Shown here in pieces: positions 37,734 to 46,976 of a stretch of DNA of 64,000 nucleotides. The notes under the pieces are model-generated. The model did no database searches and was not told where the DNA came from. It saw only the letters and a program-made list of their open reading frames with translations. How positions within the stretch are numbered: the first letter of the stretch is position 1; every line of letters starts with the position of its first letter. Position numbers and translations under genes: made by a program. The DNA comes from an uncultured delta proteobacterium (lineage in GTDB: Bacteria > Desulfobacterota > Binatia > Binatales > Binataceae). The stretch is taken from positions 256,001 to 320,000 of the forward strand of contig CAVQEQ010000003.1 in NCBI GenBank assembly GCA_963711565.1, read 5' to 3'.

Positions 37734-40700
37734 TTACAGTTCGATTTCTGCGTCCGGGTTCCCGGCGGCAAGCGCGCTCATCCAAGCGAGGCACAGGTCG
37801 CGGGAGAGATAGCGACCGTGGGCGGCGTTCTCCTCACGCTCGACGATAGGAAAGGTAGAATAGATGTAGCGCACATCATCGCGGTCGGTGATGCCGTAGA
37901 GGTGGAAATACACGGCGTCCAGCTTTGCCCGGAGGTTCAAGCGGCGTTCATCGTCCCAGATGAAAGGCGTCTTCACAGTCCCGGTTTCATCGACATATCC
38001 CATGTCGCGCGCGAACGGCGCCATATCGTGCGCGGTGTATGTCAGCTCAAGAACAGCGTCGCGGACGATCTGTTCCGCAGTCTTTGCGCCGAAGCGGGCG
38101 GATGTATAGCGGTTCAGCGGCACGACGGGAAGCTGCTCCGCCAGATACCAGTTGACGCTAGTGCTATGGATTTTCGATCGCGCAACAAAGTCAAGCGCGA
38201 GCGCGTTGAGGTTGGCGACGATGGTAGGCGCTGCTTGGCGGTAAGCCGCCGCATCTGTGGGAAGGAGCAATGGCAGCTTGTTGCCGTATCCAGCTCGAGG
38301 CGCGATGGCGGCGATTATCGTTCTCACATCGGTAGCGCGCGCTATGTCGCGAAAGCAGACGGTCCAATCGAGCTCATCTGGGAAGACGAGCTTGCTCGAT
38401 GGAACCCAATATTGCGGGGTGGACAGGAACGCAGGATCGGCCTTTTGGGCGGCCGTCACTTCGCCGCTGACCGCCGCGTTGTGCACGTTCTCCTCGTTGA
38501 CCACGACGGAGGCGGCCCTGTGGTCAAACTGATGGATCATGCGACCGACGTAGAGCGGAACCCATTCCCCGGAGGGGCTACCGAAGCGGTTGCCGCCGAT
38601 TGGGTAGGCGCCTTCTGTCTCCTCCAACTCCTGGCGCGTGCGGAAGAGGTTGGAGTCGTTCGTCATATGGAACATGGTCGCGTAGCGGACCGGCCAAGCC
38701 TTCACCTCCGCATCGTCGGTGCGATCCACGATTACTGGCAGGCGCCCATAAATGGCGGTGGTAAGCGCTGCGTCCCGGCGTGTCCTGAATATCGGTGCAG
38801 TCCCGGTGTTCGGATTCACACGAGCGAAATCCTCAGGGGTGAGCGGGAAGCAACGTTCAGGGTTCTGAAGCTCGGATACGTCTTGGAGAAAAAATGCGCA
38901 TCGGGTGGTGTCGAATGTCCTGGAGGGGCTTGCCACCGACACACAGAACTTGAAGCGGCTGTCAACGTCGGGAAAGAACGGTCGGGCGTTGAACCTGGTG
39001 CGCCGGTTCTCGAAATCGTAAAGCGCCTTCAAATGCCCGCCCGTCGAGACGCCTTTAAAAAACGGCGCGGCCGTCTTGTCGGAGGCTATACCGGATGGGG
39101 TGAGGAGCCCGGCGATGCCATCCGGTTTGACGAGTTGCATCGCCCGTTCGACGAACAGCGAGTAGAGGTTCACGTCACCGCCGGAGAGCAATGGATAGTC
39201 GCCGGCGGTGCGCGCCATCCGCACTCCAGCCTCGGCGCGCTCCTCTGCTTTGGCGTAGGCGCCGGCAAGTGGGTCACCGGCTCTTTCGAGGGCAGCGACC
39301 ATGCGTTTGCGGTCGTCGGCGCGTTGCGCGAGCGCAATCTCGCGGCGGCGGATCGCGAACCATTCGACCTGTTGCAGCTTCATGCGGTCCCAGGGCGGGT
39401 TACCGACGATGGCATCGAACCCGCCCGAAAGCGTGGCGCTCTGCCAATCGGACCACACACCGGGAAAGGCGACTTGCCAGTTGAGGAAGCGCTCCTCGGC
39501 GACTAGCTCGCGTACTTGGCCAAGTATCTCGGTCAAGCGACTCGCTTCGGCTTTTGTGGTCTCGGATTGGTAGATCTTTGCGAGAGGATCGAGCTTACCC
39601 ATGGCGATTTGAACGGGATCGCCGTATACGCCCGAGAAGTAAGATTTGAGAACTACCCGGTTGTCGCGGGTGTTGAGCTGAAGCCAGTCCAGCGCGTGCA
39701 GCAGGCAGAGCAGCGCATCGAGGGGCGCGGTCATCTCTTGCACTTCCGCGAACACGTCCGCAGAGCGGTGTGCTTCGGCGATCTCGGCGTCCGTGAGACC
39801 CTCGATGATTTGCATCGACGATGCAGCGCGTAACGCTCGCGTCATTGGCTCGTGCAGGAACAGCGCCGCGTCGAAAATGGCGGTCTTGTCGAGGCCCCTT
39901 CGGATCCACAGCCCAAAGAGGCTGTCGCCGCAGCGCAGGTGGTGGTCGAGGAAACTCAGGGGCGCACCGACCGTGAAGGTATGCAGCCAAAGCGAGACCT
40001 TGGCCAGCTCGACGGCCATCATGTTCTTGTCAACGCCGTAAATGCAGCGTTTCAAGACCATGCGGCGGATAATGTGCCTGTCGTCGAGCTGCGCTGGATC
40101 GACGGTCCAGCCGCGCTGCTCGGCGTTGCCGAGGATGGTGTTGCGGATAATTTCGATGCGGTCGCTGAGCGGAGAAATGTAATGGCCCCATGAGACCATG
40201 GCCTCGGCCTCGGCCATGGCAGTGATGACCTGGTCGGTGAGGTAATCGACGAGGGTAACGAGGAAGTGTCCGGAGCCCATGGCCGGATCGCAGATTTTGA
40301 GATCGAGGAATTTTTCGGCGGGGTCGATGCGCTTCAAGGCGCCAAGGCGCTCGTCTTCAGGTTTGGTGCTGGTAGCCTGATCGGTGGCTAACGCGCGGAA
40401 AGATTCCATGCGTTGCAAGACGAGCGGGCCGATCGTTTCGCGGATAATGAGGCTCACGAGGTCTTCGGGCGTGTAGTAGCTGCCTGAACCCTTCCGGGCG
40501 AAGACGTTGGGACGGATAGCGATGGTCTGCCCGTCTCGGGTCACCTCGTGTTCGAGGAGCTGTTCGTAGATCGATCCCAGCTGCTGCACACTCAAATCGC
40601 GATAGTTGATATAGCGCCGGCCTTCGGGTGTTTTGTCGAAAGACAGTGCGTCTATGACATTGGCCATGACTGCGTCATCGAGACGCACACGGGTAAGGAG

Positions 40701-41840
40701 CAGGGTGCGGTTACGTTCGAACAGGCCGCCATTGTAGGGTGGCAAACCAATTGAGCTGTCGCCCTTGTCGATCGCGCGACAGAGATCGTCGAGGACAGAC
40801 CAATAGCGCGCAGCCGTGTCCGAGAAGGTGTCGTTGCGGTCTTTGCGCTGCCCGATATCGCCGCGCACCTTCTCGCGCAAGCCGTAATCGGCATAGCGGC
40901 TGTCGCGCACGGGTAAGAGATCTCTGTCCTCGGCGTAGAGGATGAAGAGAAGACGGTAAAGCAGGACGAGTGCCGCGTTCCGCACATCCTCCAACGGTGC
41001 ATCGGGCGCAGCGGCGGCGATAGCGTGGGCTAGCTGCGGGAACACCTCGCCGAAGACCAGTTTGGAGAGGTTGGCCGCGACGCGTTCTTCATAGAAGCGG
41101 CCTTCTTCGAGGGCACGCTGGTGGAAGGTGCGCGCATCGCTCGGAGTGCCAAGAAAAGAGTCGCAGCGGAAGATGAGTACAAAGACGCGCAGCCAATGCC
41201 GGCGCTCCGCGTCGGTCAAAGCAAAGAGCTCGCCGTCGCGGCCCGCGATTTCAAGAATGGTGACGAGGTCGATCTCGAAGAACTGCTCGGCGACGGAGCG
41301 GGCGCCTTGATAGTAGAGGCGCCATCGGCCGCCGTTGGTGAGCATGCCCCATCGCAGCTTTCCGCTAGTAAGGTCGTCGATGCGGCGCAGATAGCGCAAC
41401 ATCTGGGTCGAGGGGGCAGTTTCTTCGCCGCGCCGTCCCGATCGGCGATCAAGCGGGCGTTTCCATCGCTTGGATTCTACAACGGCGAGACCGAACTCGA
41501 AGCGCCGCCATTCGTCCGGTGTGAGGTTGGCCTGTGCTTTGGCAGCGGCGTCCTTGAAGAGGAGGCCGTCGGGCACGTCCTCGCGACCTCTGGGCGTGAG
41601 GTTCTGTTGGCGAAGGCTGGCCGTCCATCCAAGGATTTCGAGGATTGGCCAGATGAGATCGTCCTCGGTCTGGCTCTCGTTGGGCGACTGATGGGTTGGA
41701 AAGCGGGCAAAGACTTCGCGAAAGCGGACAGCGAGAACATCAAGCGCGGCATCATCAATGCCGGACCAGTCCGAAAGTCGGGCAATCGACTCGGTCAGAA
41801 AATCGCTCGAAAAAAGGCTGCCGTGATATGTGTCTTGCAT
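37734..41840 (-). CDS. Type IIG (Eco57I-like) fused restriction endonuclease-methyltransferase
   Basis: PDGLLF...VVESK nuclease; YNGGLF; GSYYTP; DPAMGSGHFL; GNPPW; C-terminal target-recognition region. Confidence 0.92.
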   Translation of the reverse strand: MQDTYHGSLFSSDFLTESIARLSDWSGIDDAALDVLAVRFREVFARFPTHQSPNESQTEDDLIWPILEILGWTASLRQQNLTPRGREDVPDGLLFKDAAAKAQANLTPDEWRRFEFGLAVVESKRWKRPLDRRSGRRGEETAPSTQMLRYLRRIDDLTSGKLRWGMLTNGGRWRLYYQGARSVAEQFFEIDLVTILEIAGRDGELFALTDAERRHWLRVFVLIFRCDSFLGTPSDARTFHQRALEEGRFYEERVAANLSKLVFGEVFPQLAHAIAAAAPDAPLEDVRNAALVLLYRLLFILYAEDRDLLPVRDSRYADYGLREKVRGDIGQRKDRNDTFSDTAARYWSVLDDLCRAIDKGDSSIGLPPYNGGLFERNRTLLLTRVRLDDAVMANVIDALSFDKTPEGRRYINYRDLSVQQLGSIYEQLLEHEVTRDGQTIAIRPNVFARKGSGSYYTPEDLVSLIIRETIGPLVLQRMESFRALATDQATSTKPEDERLGALKRIDPAEKFLDLKICDPAMGSGHFLVTLVDYLTDQVITAMAEAEAMVSWGHYISPLSDRIEIIRNTILGNAEQRGWTVDPAQLDDRHIIRRMVLKRCIYGVDKNMMAVELAKVSLWLHTFTVGAPLSFLDHHLRCGDSLFGLWIRRGLDKTAIFDAALFLHEPMTRALRAASSMQIIEGLTDAEIAEAHRSADVFAEVQEMTAPLDALLCLLHALDWLQLNTRDNRVVLKSYFSGVYGDPVQIAMGKLDPLAKIYQSETTKAEASRLTEILGQVRELVAEERFLNWQVAFPGVWSDWQSATLSGGFDAIVGNPPWDRMKLQQVEWFAIRRREIALAQRADDRKRMVAALERAGDPLAGAYAKAEERAEAGVRMARTAGDYPLLSGGDVNLYSLFVERAMQLVKPDGIAGLLTPSGIASDKTAAPFFKGVSTGGHLKALYDFENRRTRFNARPFFPDVDSRFKFCVSVASPSRTFDTTRCAFFLQDVSELQNPERCFPLTPEDFARVNPNTGTAPIFRTRRDAALTTAIYGRLPVIVDRTDDAEVKAWPVRYATMFHMTNDSNLFRTRQELEETEGAYPIGGNRFGSPSGEWVPLYVGRMIHQFDHRAASVVVNEENVHNAAVSGEVTAAQKADPAFLSTPQYWVPSSKLVFPDELDWTVCFRDIARATDVRTIIAAIAPRAGYGNKLPLLLPTDAAAYRQAAPTIVANLNALALDFVARSKIHSTSVNWYLAEQLPVVPLNRYTSARFGAKTAEQIVRDAVLELTYTAHDMAPFARDMGYVDETGTVKTPFIWDDERRLNLRAKLDAVYFHLYGITDRDDVRYIYSTFPIVEREENAAHGRYLSRDLCLAWMSALAAGNPDAEIEL

Positions 41841-42145
41841 CGTTCCTGGGCTATGGTGGAAGTTACGGTTGAGTAGGTTCGTCGAAGGGCGAGTTGATGA
41901 TTGGGTTCTCGATAACAACTTGACTCATAGTGTTCGGACCCCTTGCATGCCCGGTCTTTTGCTCATCGGTTGCTCAATGCACCACGAAACGCCATGAAGC
42001 GATAAATGGCAAGATGGGATGTTACCAGCCCAATCGGAAGTTTTCCTTCACATCCGCATGGTGGTTACGAGTCCCCCTTCCGTGGCTCTCCCGGCAGCAG
42101 CGCGAAAAGCCGCTCGGATAGCCGACAAGGTTGACGTCCGCTGCG

Positions 42146-42949
42146 TCAAGGTCGCGTCCGAACGCGCGCAGCGTCCAGCCTTTTGTGAATCATCGAGAGG
42201 AGGGTCAGCACCTCTTCGGCGTCTTCTCTGTTCAAAACCCAATTGATCTTGGGCGCGTGCGCTGTGGTGTTGCGAAACATGCCGAACGTGCCCTTGGCAA
42301 GATTCGCAAAGCCGCGCTGTTCGGACTTCTCGCTTTCGGTGCTCAGGGCGTTGATTGCGACAATTGGCGAATCGCCTCCCAAGGCTCGGTCAACAAGCGC
42401 AGCTCCATCGTCCGTCAACCCGGATCGAGCGCGTAACTTGTCGGCAACGCTCTTTGCCGCTTCCAGCACGGCATGGAAGTAATTGTTGACCAGCAATTCT
42501 TCCCGACAAAATCGAAGCACATCAGGGTGGACCTTCCGTATCTCCAGGTCCGTTCGCAATTCAGCGGCACGACGTTGGGCCTCGGTCAGTGTGCGAGCCT
42601 GCTCGACCTCATCCAGCTCGCCGCTGGCCTTTACGGCCAGTCCGGCGAATGCGAGAGCGCGATTAAGATTCGCCCGCATGGGCTCGTATCGCTCAGGCGA
42701 GCGCGCGTACAGCTCCGGCCGCATCGATTTCCGGATGAACGCAAGAATGCCAAGCCGGTCCTGACGCGCGTTCTGGCTGTGCGCGAAAGCATTATAGAGG
42801 CGATGGCGCTTCGTCATTTCGGATGACGGGTCAGACATCTTGTTGGTGGCGAGAAGGTGTCCGATTTCAGAGCCTGTCAGTCCCTCGGATGTGTCGCCCA
42901 ACGCATCGGCAATTGCCTGGAGCTGGCTTTGTGTGAAGACCTTCGGCAC
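42146..42949 (-). CDS. TIGR02391-like protein with AbiJ-type N-terminal domain
   Basis: GLTGSEIGHLL...TKRHRLYNAF; HPDVLRFC..NYFHAVLEAAK..DGAALVD..SEQRGF..FRNTTAH. Confidence 0.82.
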   Translation of the reverse strand: MPKVFTQSQLQAIADALGDTSEGLTGSEIGHLLATNKMSDPSSEMTKRHRLYNAFAHSQNARQDRLGILAFIRKSMRPELYARSPERYEPMRANLNRALAFAGLAVKASGELDEVEQARTLTEAQRRAAELRTDLEIRKVHPDVLRFCREELLVNNYFHAVLEAAKSVADKLRARSGLTDDGAALVDRALGGDSPIVAINALSTESEKSEQRGFANLAKGTFGMFRNTTAHAPKINWVLNREDAEEVLTLLSMIHKRLDAARVRTRP

Positions 42950-43051
42950 TGGTATGGCTCCTTAGCATTTACGTTCGATTGCCGCACCAGTCGCCGGAAG
43001 TGTGCCGATTCGCCGCCTCGCGCAATACGTTCACGAGAGCCGCGGCCTGAG

Positions 43052-43085
43052 GCTGCGACAACCTTGTGGAAATTTCCACAAGGTT
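43052..43085 (+). repeat. 34-bp repeat, copy 2, containing the perfect 26-bp palindrome AACCTTGTGGAAATTTCCACAAGGTT
   Basis: Direct repeat of 7107-7140. Confidence 0.85.
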
Positions 43086-43156
43086 ATCCCTCTCGCCCTG
43101 CCGCATGCTGGCAATGCTTGTCGTTCCGGTTCGCTCCGCGTACAAGAGCTGGGCTC

Positions 43157-43513
43157 CTAGACCTGATGTTCGCGACGGGGCCGGTCCAGTGAGGGGCCGG
43201 TTTCCACGCCGGCGATGCCGGAGAGCACGACGGGATCGCGGTCGGGAAATTCAGCGATAAGGGACAGGCTGCCGCCCATAGCCTCAACGCTTTTTCGCAG
43301 GGTTGAAAGGAGAAGGTCTGTGCGCTTCTCGAGGCGCGAAACGCCGTCCTGGCTGATGCGAAGAACCTTTGCCATGCGTACCTGGGTGAGCTTGCGGGCT
43401 TGCCGGAGCTCCTGCAGGGTCATCTCTTCAGCAACGAGCTGAGCGGTACGCGCCTGAACCTTCTTGCGACGGTCTGGGCTGAGTTCCCTCATTCTCTGTT
43501 TTAGCGTGCTCAT
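43157..43513 (-). CDS. XRE-family HTH antitoxin (HigA-like)
   Basis: LQELRQARKLTQVRMAKVLRISQDGVSRLEKRTDLLLSTLR. Confidence 0.9.
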   Translation of the reverse strand: MSTLKQRMRELSPDRRKKVQARTAQLVAEEMTLQELRQARKLTQVRMAKVLRISQDGVSRLEKRTDLLLSTLRKSVEAMGGSLSLIAEFPDRDPVVLSGIAGVETGPSLDRPRREHQV

Positions 43514-43515
43514 GA

Positions 43516-43890
43516 TTATTTCCTCTCCTTGGGTTTTTTCTTTTTCGTGCGCTCAACGTGAGCGTCAAAGCGAGCATCGGCTTTATCGATCAATTGCCGG
43601 TAGAAACGCTTTTCGCTGCCTCCTGATTTGTCGCCGCCGCATAGGACGATTCCGTGCCGGTTGGGATCGAAAGCGAAAGCAAAACGCCAGACACCATCGG
43701 CAGCGTCAAACCTCAATTCTTTCATATTGGCGTGGCGTGATCCCTTAAGCGTATCCACGCGGGGGCGACCGAGCTGCGGACCGAACTGCTCAAGCAATCT
43801 GAGGTGCGCGAGCAGCTCGTCCTGGACCGCCTCGGCCAGTTCCTCGTATTCCGGGTCAAACGCCGGATGAAAATCAATCTCCCAGGTCAC
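43516..43890 (-). CDS. RelE/HigB-like (Gp49/DUF891) toxin
   Basis: GPQLGRPRVDTLKGSRHANMKELR...WRFAFAFDP...GGDKSG; toxin upstream of antitoxin. Confidence 0.9.
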   Translation of the reverse strand: MTWEIDFHPAFDPEYEELAEAVQDELLAHLRLLEQFGPQLGRPRVDTLKGSRHANMKELRFDAADGVWRFAFAFDPNRHGIVLCGGDKSGGSEKRFYRQLIDKADARFDAHVERTKKKKPKERK

Positions 43891-44378
43891 ATCTGAAGTA
43901 TGCCTTAGAATACATATGTTGTCAAGAACATTATAGATTCAGGAGGAAGTTTGTCCAGGCGATGAGTACCAACGAGGCCGTGGCCGAATGGACACCTGAG
44001 CGTTTTCAAGGGCTTCGCTTAATTAAGGACGCGAAGCGGCGAGCCTACCGATTGAAACGGTGAGCGCTTGAAGGGAGCGGCGCGCTCGACAGGAGCCGGC
44101 GCCGCGAGGTGCGACGCGCGTGAGGGCTCTCCCCTGCCCGCCCTGTTCGAGCGCTGGGGTTACCTATGGACGTCTCGGGTCGTTAGGCTTCGTCGCCGTC
44201 TGGGACTGCGTAGTTCAGACGCAGGCAGAAAAATAATGCGGGCGCCCTGTGGCGCTGAAAGGAAGTGGCGGGTTGGCGGGCATGTGCCGCCCATCAAGTG
44301 TCTGAGGTGGGGATGGTTCCATACTTGGGCGCCGGGGCAGGCGCATGGTGTCCCGCGGGTTCCCGGCTCAAGAGATAA

Positions 44379-44736
44379 TGGTGCGGGCGGAGGGACTTGA
44401 ACCCTCACGAGCTGTTAGGCTCCACGGATTTTCATACCGTCTACGGCTTTCGCCGCCCGGACGCGGCGCTTTGAAGCGCGTGCGCCAGGTTTGCGGTCTG
44501 GACTATCCCTTCACCGTCCCCCGGAAGATCCGGGGCTTAGGTGCTGCCCGTCTAGTCTCTACACCTTCCTGGTCGGAATGCTGGATGCGCAACACCATGG
44601 AGCATGCCTTTCAGGCTTGGCTCGGGATTGCCATTTCAGGTTTCCCCGAATTTGGGCAGTTCTGCATCGCCAGTTTCCCAGGCGAGCACTCAAGTTTCCT
44701 TAAGTCCGTTGCGTATGCCGTTTCCGCCACGCCCGC
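44379..44736 (-). tRNA. trnL: tRNA-Leu(UAA) with group I intron (exons 44736-44702 and 44432-44379; 89 nt spliced, CCA encoded)
   Basis: Acceptor GCGGGCG/CGCCCGC-ACCA; anticodon arm ACGGA-CTT|AAAA-TCCGT; long variable arm; T arm GAGGG-TTCAAGT-CCCTC. Confidence 0.92.
44433..44701 (-). ncRNA. Group I self-splicing intron (269 nt, tRNA-Leu type, no ORF)
   Basis: P1 ACTTAAG-GAAA-CTTGAGT with U.G at the splice site; P AAATTCGGGGAAA, Q AATCCCGAGC, R GTGTAGAGACTAGA, S GAAGGGATAGTCC; P3 CTGCCC/GGGCAG; terminal G. Confidence 0.92.
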
Positions 44737-44786
44737 GTGGCTGGTCATCCAGAGCTAACTAGCACACAGGGCAGCGCGATGTAACG

Positions 44787-46052
44787 TCAGTCTGGTGGTG
44801 ACTTGTCGGACGGGTTCTTCTTCTTTTTTGGCTTTGGCCTCATGATGTTGATGGCGGCGGCGTCGAGCTGGGTCTTGATATGGGCGGCGTAGTACTTCTC
44901 GATCATCTCGACGCTGGTGCGGCAGTTTTTGGCGATCTGGTAGATGTCAGCGCCTTCCATCAGGCGCAGACAGATATATGTGTGCCGGAGGCTGTAGGCC
45001 GTTCGAGGGCGGCCTTCGCGATCGAATCTGAGGTTTTCCTCGTCGAGGATGGCCTTGAACAGCTCGCGCTGCCACTTGGGGAAGATGAGATCTGTCGGCC
45101 CCGGAAGGCGCAAGTCTCCGGAGCCATTCGCAGTGGAGTTTGCTCCGTTGTCGTCTCTGGTTGCGTGGTCCGCGCGCGCCGGACGGAGTCTGGCCTTCAA
45201 TCTCTCGAAGGGGCGCACGGCTCCGCTCATGCTCTTGCAGTAGCCGACGCCGCGCTTTCCGCGCACCTCGATTTCAAGGATGGTTTGACCGCTCGCTTCG
45301 TCTTCAACGATTGTGACGTCCCGGAATTGAAGGCGCCACGCTTCATCGGGCCGAAGGCCGGTGTTCGCTGCGAAAAGAACATAGTCGTGAAGCTGTTCCG
45401 ATTCCCATTTGAAGCGCGTCGCCTTCGGCTCGTGCGCGCGCTTGCGGGTGGCTTCGTAGAGCTTTTTGTATTCTTCAGGAGAGAACCAGGCGCGGTGCGA
45501 GATTTTTGGAGATGACCTGTAAGGCTCGGAAAGGTCCGGCATACGGTCGAGCCATCCGTTGCGGATGGCGGCTTTCAATGTCTGCCGGAGTGTCACTATC
45601 TCCTGATGCATGGTGTTGCGGGCCGGCGGCTTCCCGCGCTTGGCCGTCGTCTCTTCGAGGCGATGAATCCGGTATTCCTGGACTTTGCCGGCGGTAATTT
45701 CCGAAAGGCCCAAGGGGCCGAAGAACGGCACGAGGTGCACGCGCGACCGCCAGTGCTGGCAGTTGACGTAGACCTTGCTGCGCTCGCCCTGCGTGATGAG
45801 GTCGTATTCGCGCAAGAACTGCTCCGAGGCTTCGCTGAAGGTCTTTTCTGTTTTGATTTCGCCGTTGCGGAGCTTGCCGCGAAGCTGCAGATACCAGTCC
45901 TCCGCGATCTCTTTGGCTCTCGACAGGCTGTCTTCCTTCGTGGTTGTCCGTCGATTTTTCCCGCCGAGGTAGGTGGAACATTGCCAACTGCTGCTGTTCG
46001 GGCGTTTGTAAACGTGAACCTTGCCGCCCAAGACCGTGTGGTGTTCTGTCAC
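44787..46052 (-). CDS. Tyrosine recombinase / integrase
   Basis: TGLRPDE (R), RGK (K), YSLRHTY (xxLRH), CRTSVEMIEKYY (catalytic Y); N-terminal arm-binding-like domain; GTG 46052 with GGAGG RBS. Confidence 0.93.
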   Translation of the reverse strand: MTEHHTVLGGKVHVYKRPNSSSWQCSTYLGGKNRRTTTKEDSLSRAKEIAEDWYLQLRGKLRNGEIKTEKTFSEASEQFLREYDLITQGERSKVYVNCQHWRSRVHLVPFFGPLGLSEITAGKVQEYRIHRLEETTAKRGKPPARNTMHQEIVTLRQTLKAAIRNGWLDRMPDLSEPYRSSPKISHRAWFSPEEYKKLYEATRKRAHEPKATRFKWESEQLHDYVLFAANTGLRPDEAWRLQFRDVTIVEDEASGQTILEIEVRGKRGVGYCKSMSGAVRPFERLKARLRPARADHATRDDNGANSTANGSGDLRLPGPTDLIFPKWQRELFKAILDEENLRFDREGRPRTAYSLRHTYICLRLMEGADIYQIAKNCRTSVEMIEKYYAAHIKTQLDAAAINIMRPKPKKKKNPSDKSPPD

Positions 46053-46183
46053 AGAAGTACGCCTCCGCACTCCCTCAAAAGTAGCAAAATGTGTAAGGGC
46101 TGTGCAACTCGACCGAAACCATTTGATTTACCAAAAATCTTTTATTTCAAAGCTTTATTTGCAAATCCGGTAAACTATTTTAC

Positions 46184-46223
46184 GATTTTAAGTCCTCTGC
46201 GTATGCCATTTCGCCACCCCGGC
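46184..46223 (-). pseudogene. 5' half of intron-less host tRNA-Leu(UAA), truncated just after the anticodon loop (attachment junction)
   Basis: GCCGGGGTGGCGAAATGGCATACGCAGAGGACTTAAAATC then non-tRNA sequence (GTAAAA instead of the CTC needed for the anticodon stem). Confidence 0.85.
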
Positions 46224-46344
46224 CTGTAAGTTCGCGCAGGATCGTTAAATCATAAACACGGCTGCGCGCGAAGATAGCGGGTCAGATCGGTCGCGCAGGG
46301 CCCTGCCGCGATTCGCAGCGACTTACGATCGTACATTCTGTCTC

Positions 46345-46878
46345 GTGCGCGATGCATATATGCTCGATGCCTTGTCGCACAAACGCTTCATGGCCGCGGT
46401 GCTATCGGCGCTGATCGTGTCGGGCTGCTCACTGTACCGCAGCTATGAAGCCTCGAGGCCTGAGACCGTTCGGAAAACCGAGGCGATGCTCTCCGACGCG
46501 GGCTTTACCACGATCAAACTCGACACGTCCGACAAAGTCGGTCTGGTCGAAGAGCTCCCACCGCACGAGATTCGCAGCTATGCGGCTCAATCCGGTACGG
46601 TCTACTGGTATTACGATCCCAGCATTTGCGAATGCGTGTACGAGGGCCATCAAAGCGACTTCGATCGCTACCAGATGGCATTGACGCATGAAAACGACGC
46701 CGCGCAGTATGTCGCCCAATCGGATGACGACCAGGTCGCCTCGTTGAACGCCTTGAACGGCGTATTTTTTCCTCCACCGACTAGCTGGATTGGTGGATAC
46801 GCTCCCATTCCGCACTCAGGCGGCGGGTACCCCGGAGGCGGCGGCTCGCACTGGGGCGGGCATCATGGCCGCCATTAG
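46345..46878 (+). CDS. Putative lipoprotein
   Basis: LIVSGC lipobox-like signal; Gly/His-rich tail. Confidence 0.75.
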   Translation: MRDAYMLDALSHKRFMAAVLSALIVSGCSLYRSYEASRPETVRKTEAMLSDAGFTTIKLDTSDKVGLVEELPPHEIRSYAAQSGTVYWYYDPSICECVYEGHQSDFDRYQMALTHENDAAQYVAQSDDDQVASLNALNGVFFPPPTSWIGGYAPIPHSGGGYPGGGGSHWGGHHGRH

Positions 46879-46976
46879 CGCGCGGAGTAGTCGCTCTATC
46901 TTGAAGCGGAGCATGCGCAACGTGTTTCAGATTCTGAAGTAGGCGGACGCTGAATCTGAAAACGATTTGCTCCGTA

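Larger units (their letters stand above)
1..46183. mobile_element. Integrated mobilisable plasmid-like element / defence island (left end outside window), inserted in tRNA-Leu(UAA)
   Basis: Tyrosine integrase abutting a truncated tRNA-Leu 5' half at 46184-46223; relaxase, oriT, T4CP, Rep, ParA and dense defence cargo; housekeeping and metabolic genes resume after 46300. Confidence 0.85.

Noticed and set aside
37818-39506. 562-aa + strand ORF, and similar long antisense ORFs at 47387..48763, 51650..52987 and 60872..62365
   Set aside because: Shadow ORFs opposite well-supported genes in GC-rich DNA, with no motifs
44345-44758. 137-aa ORF across the tRNA/intron as a possible homing endonuclease
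   Set aside because: Antisense to the tRNA, with no LAGLIDADG, HNH or GIY-YIG motif
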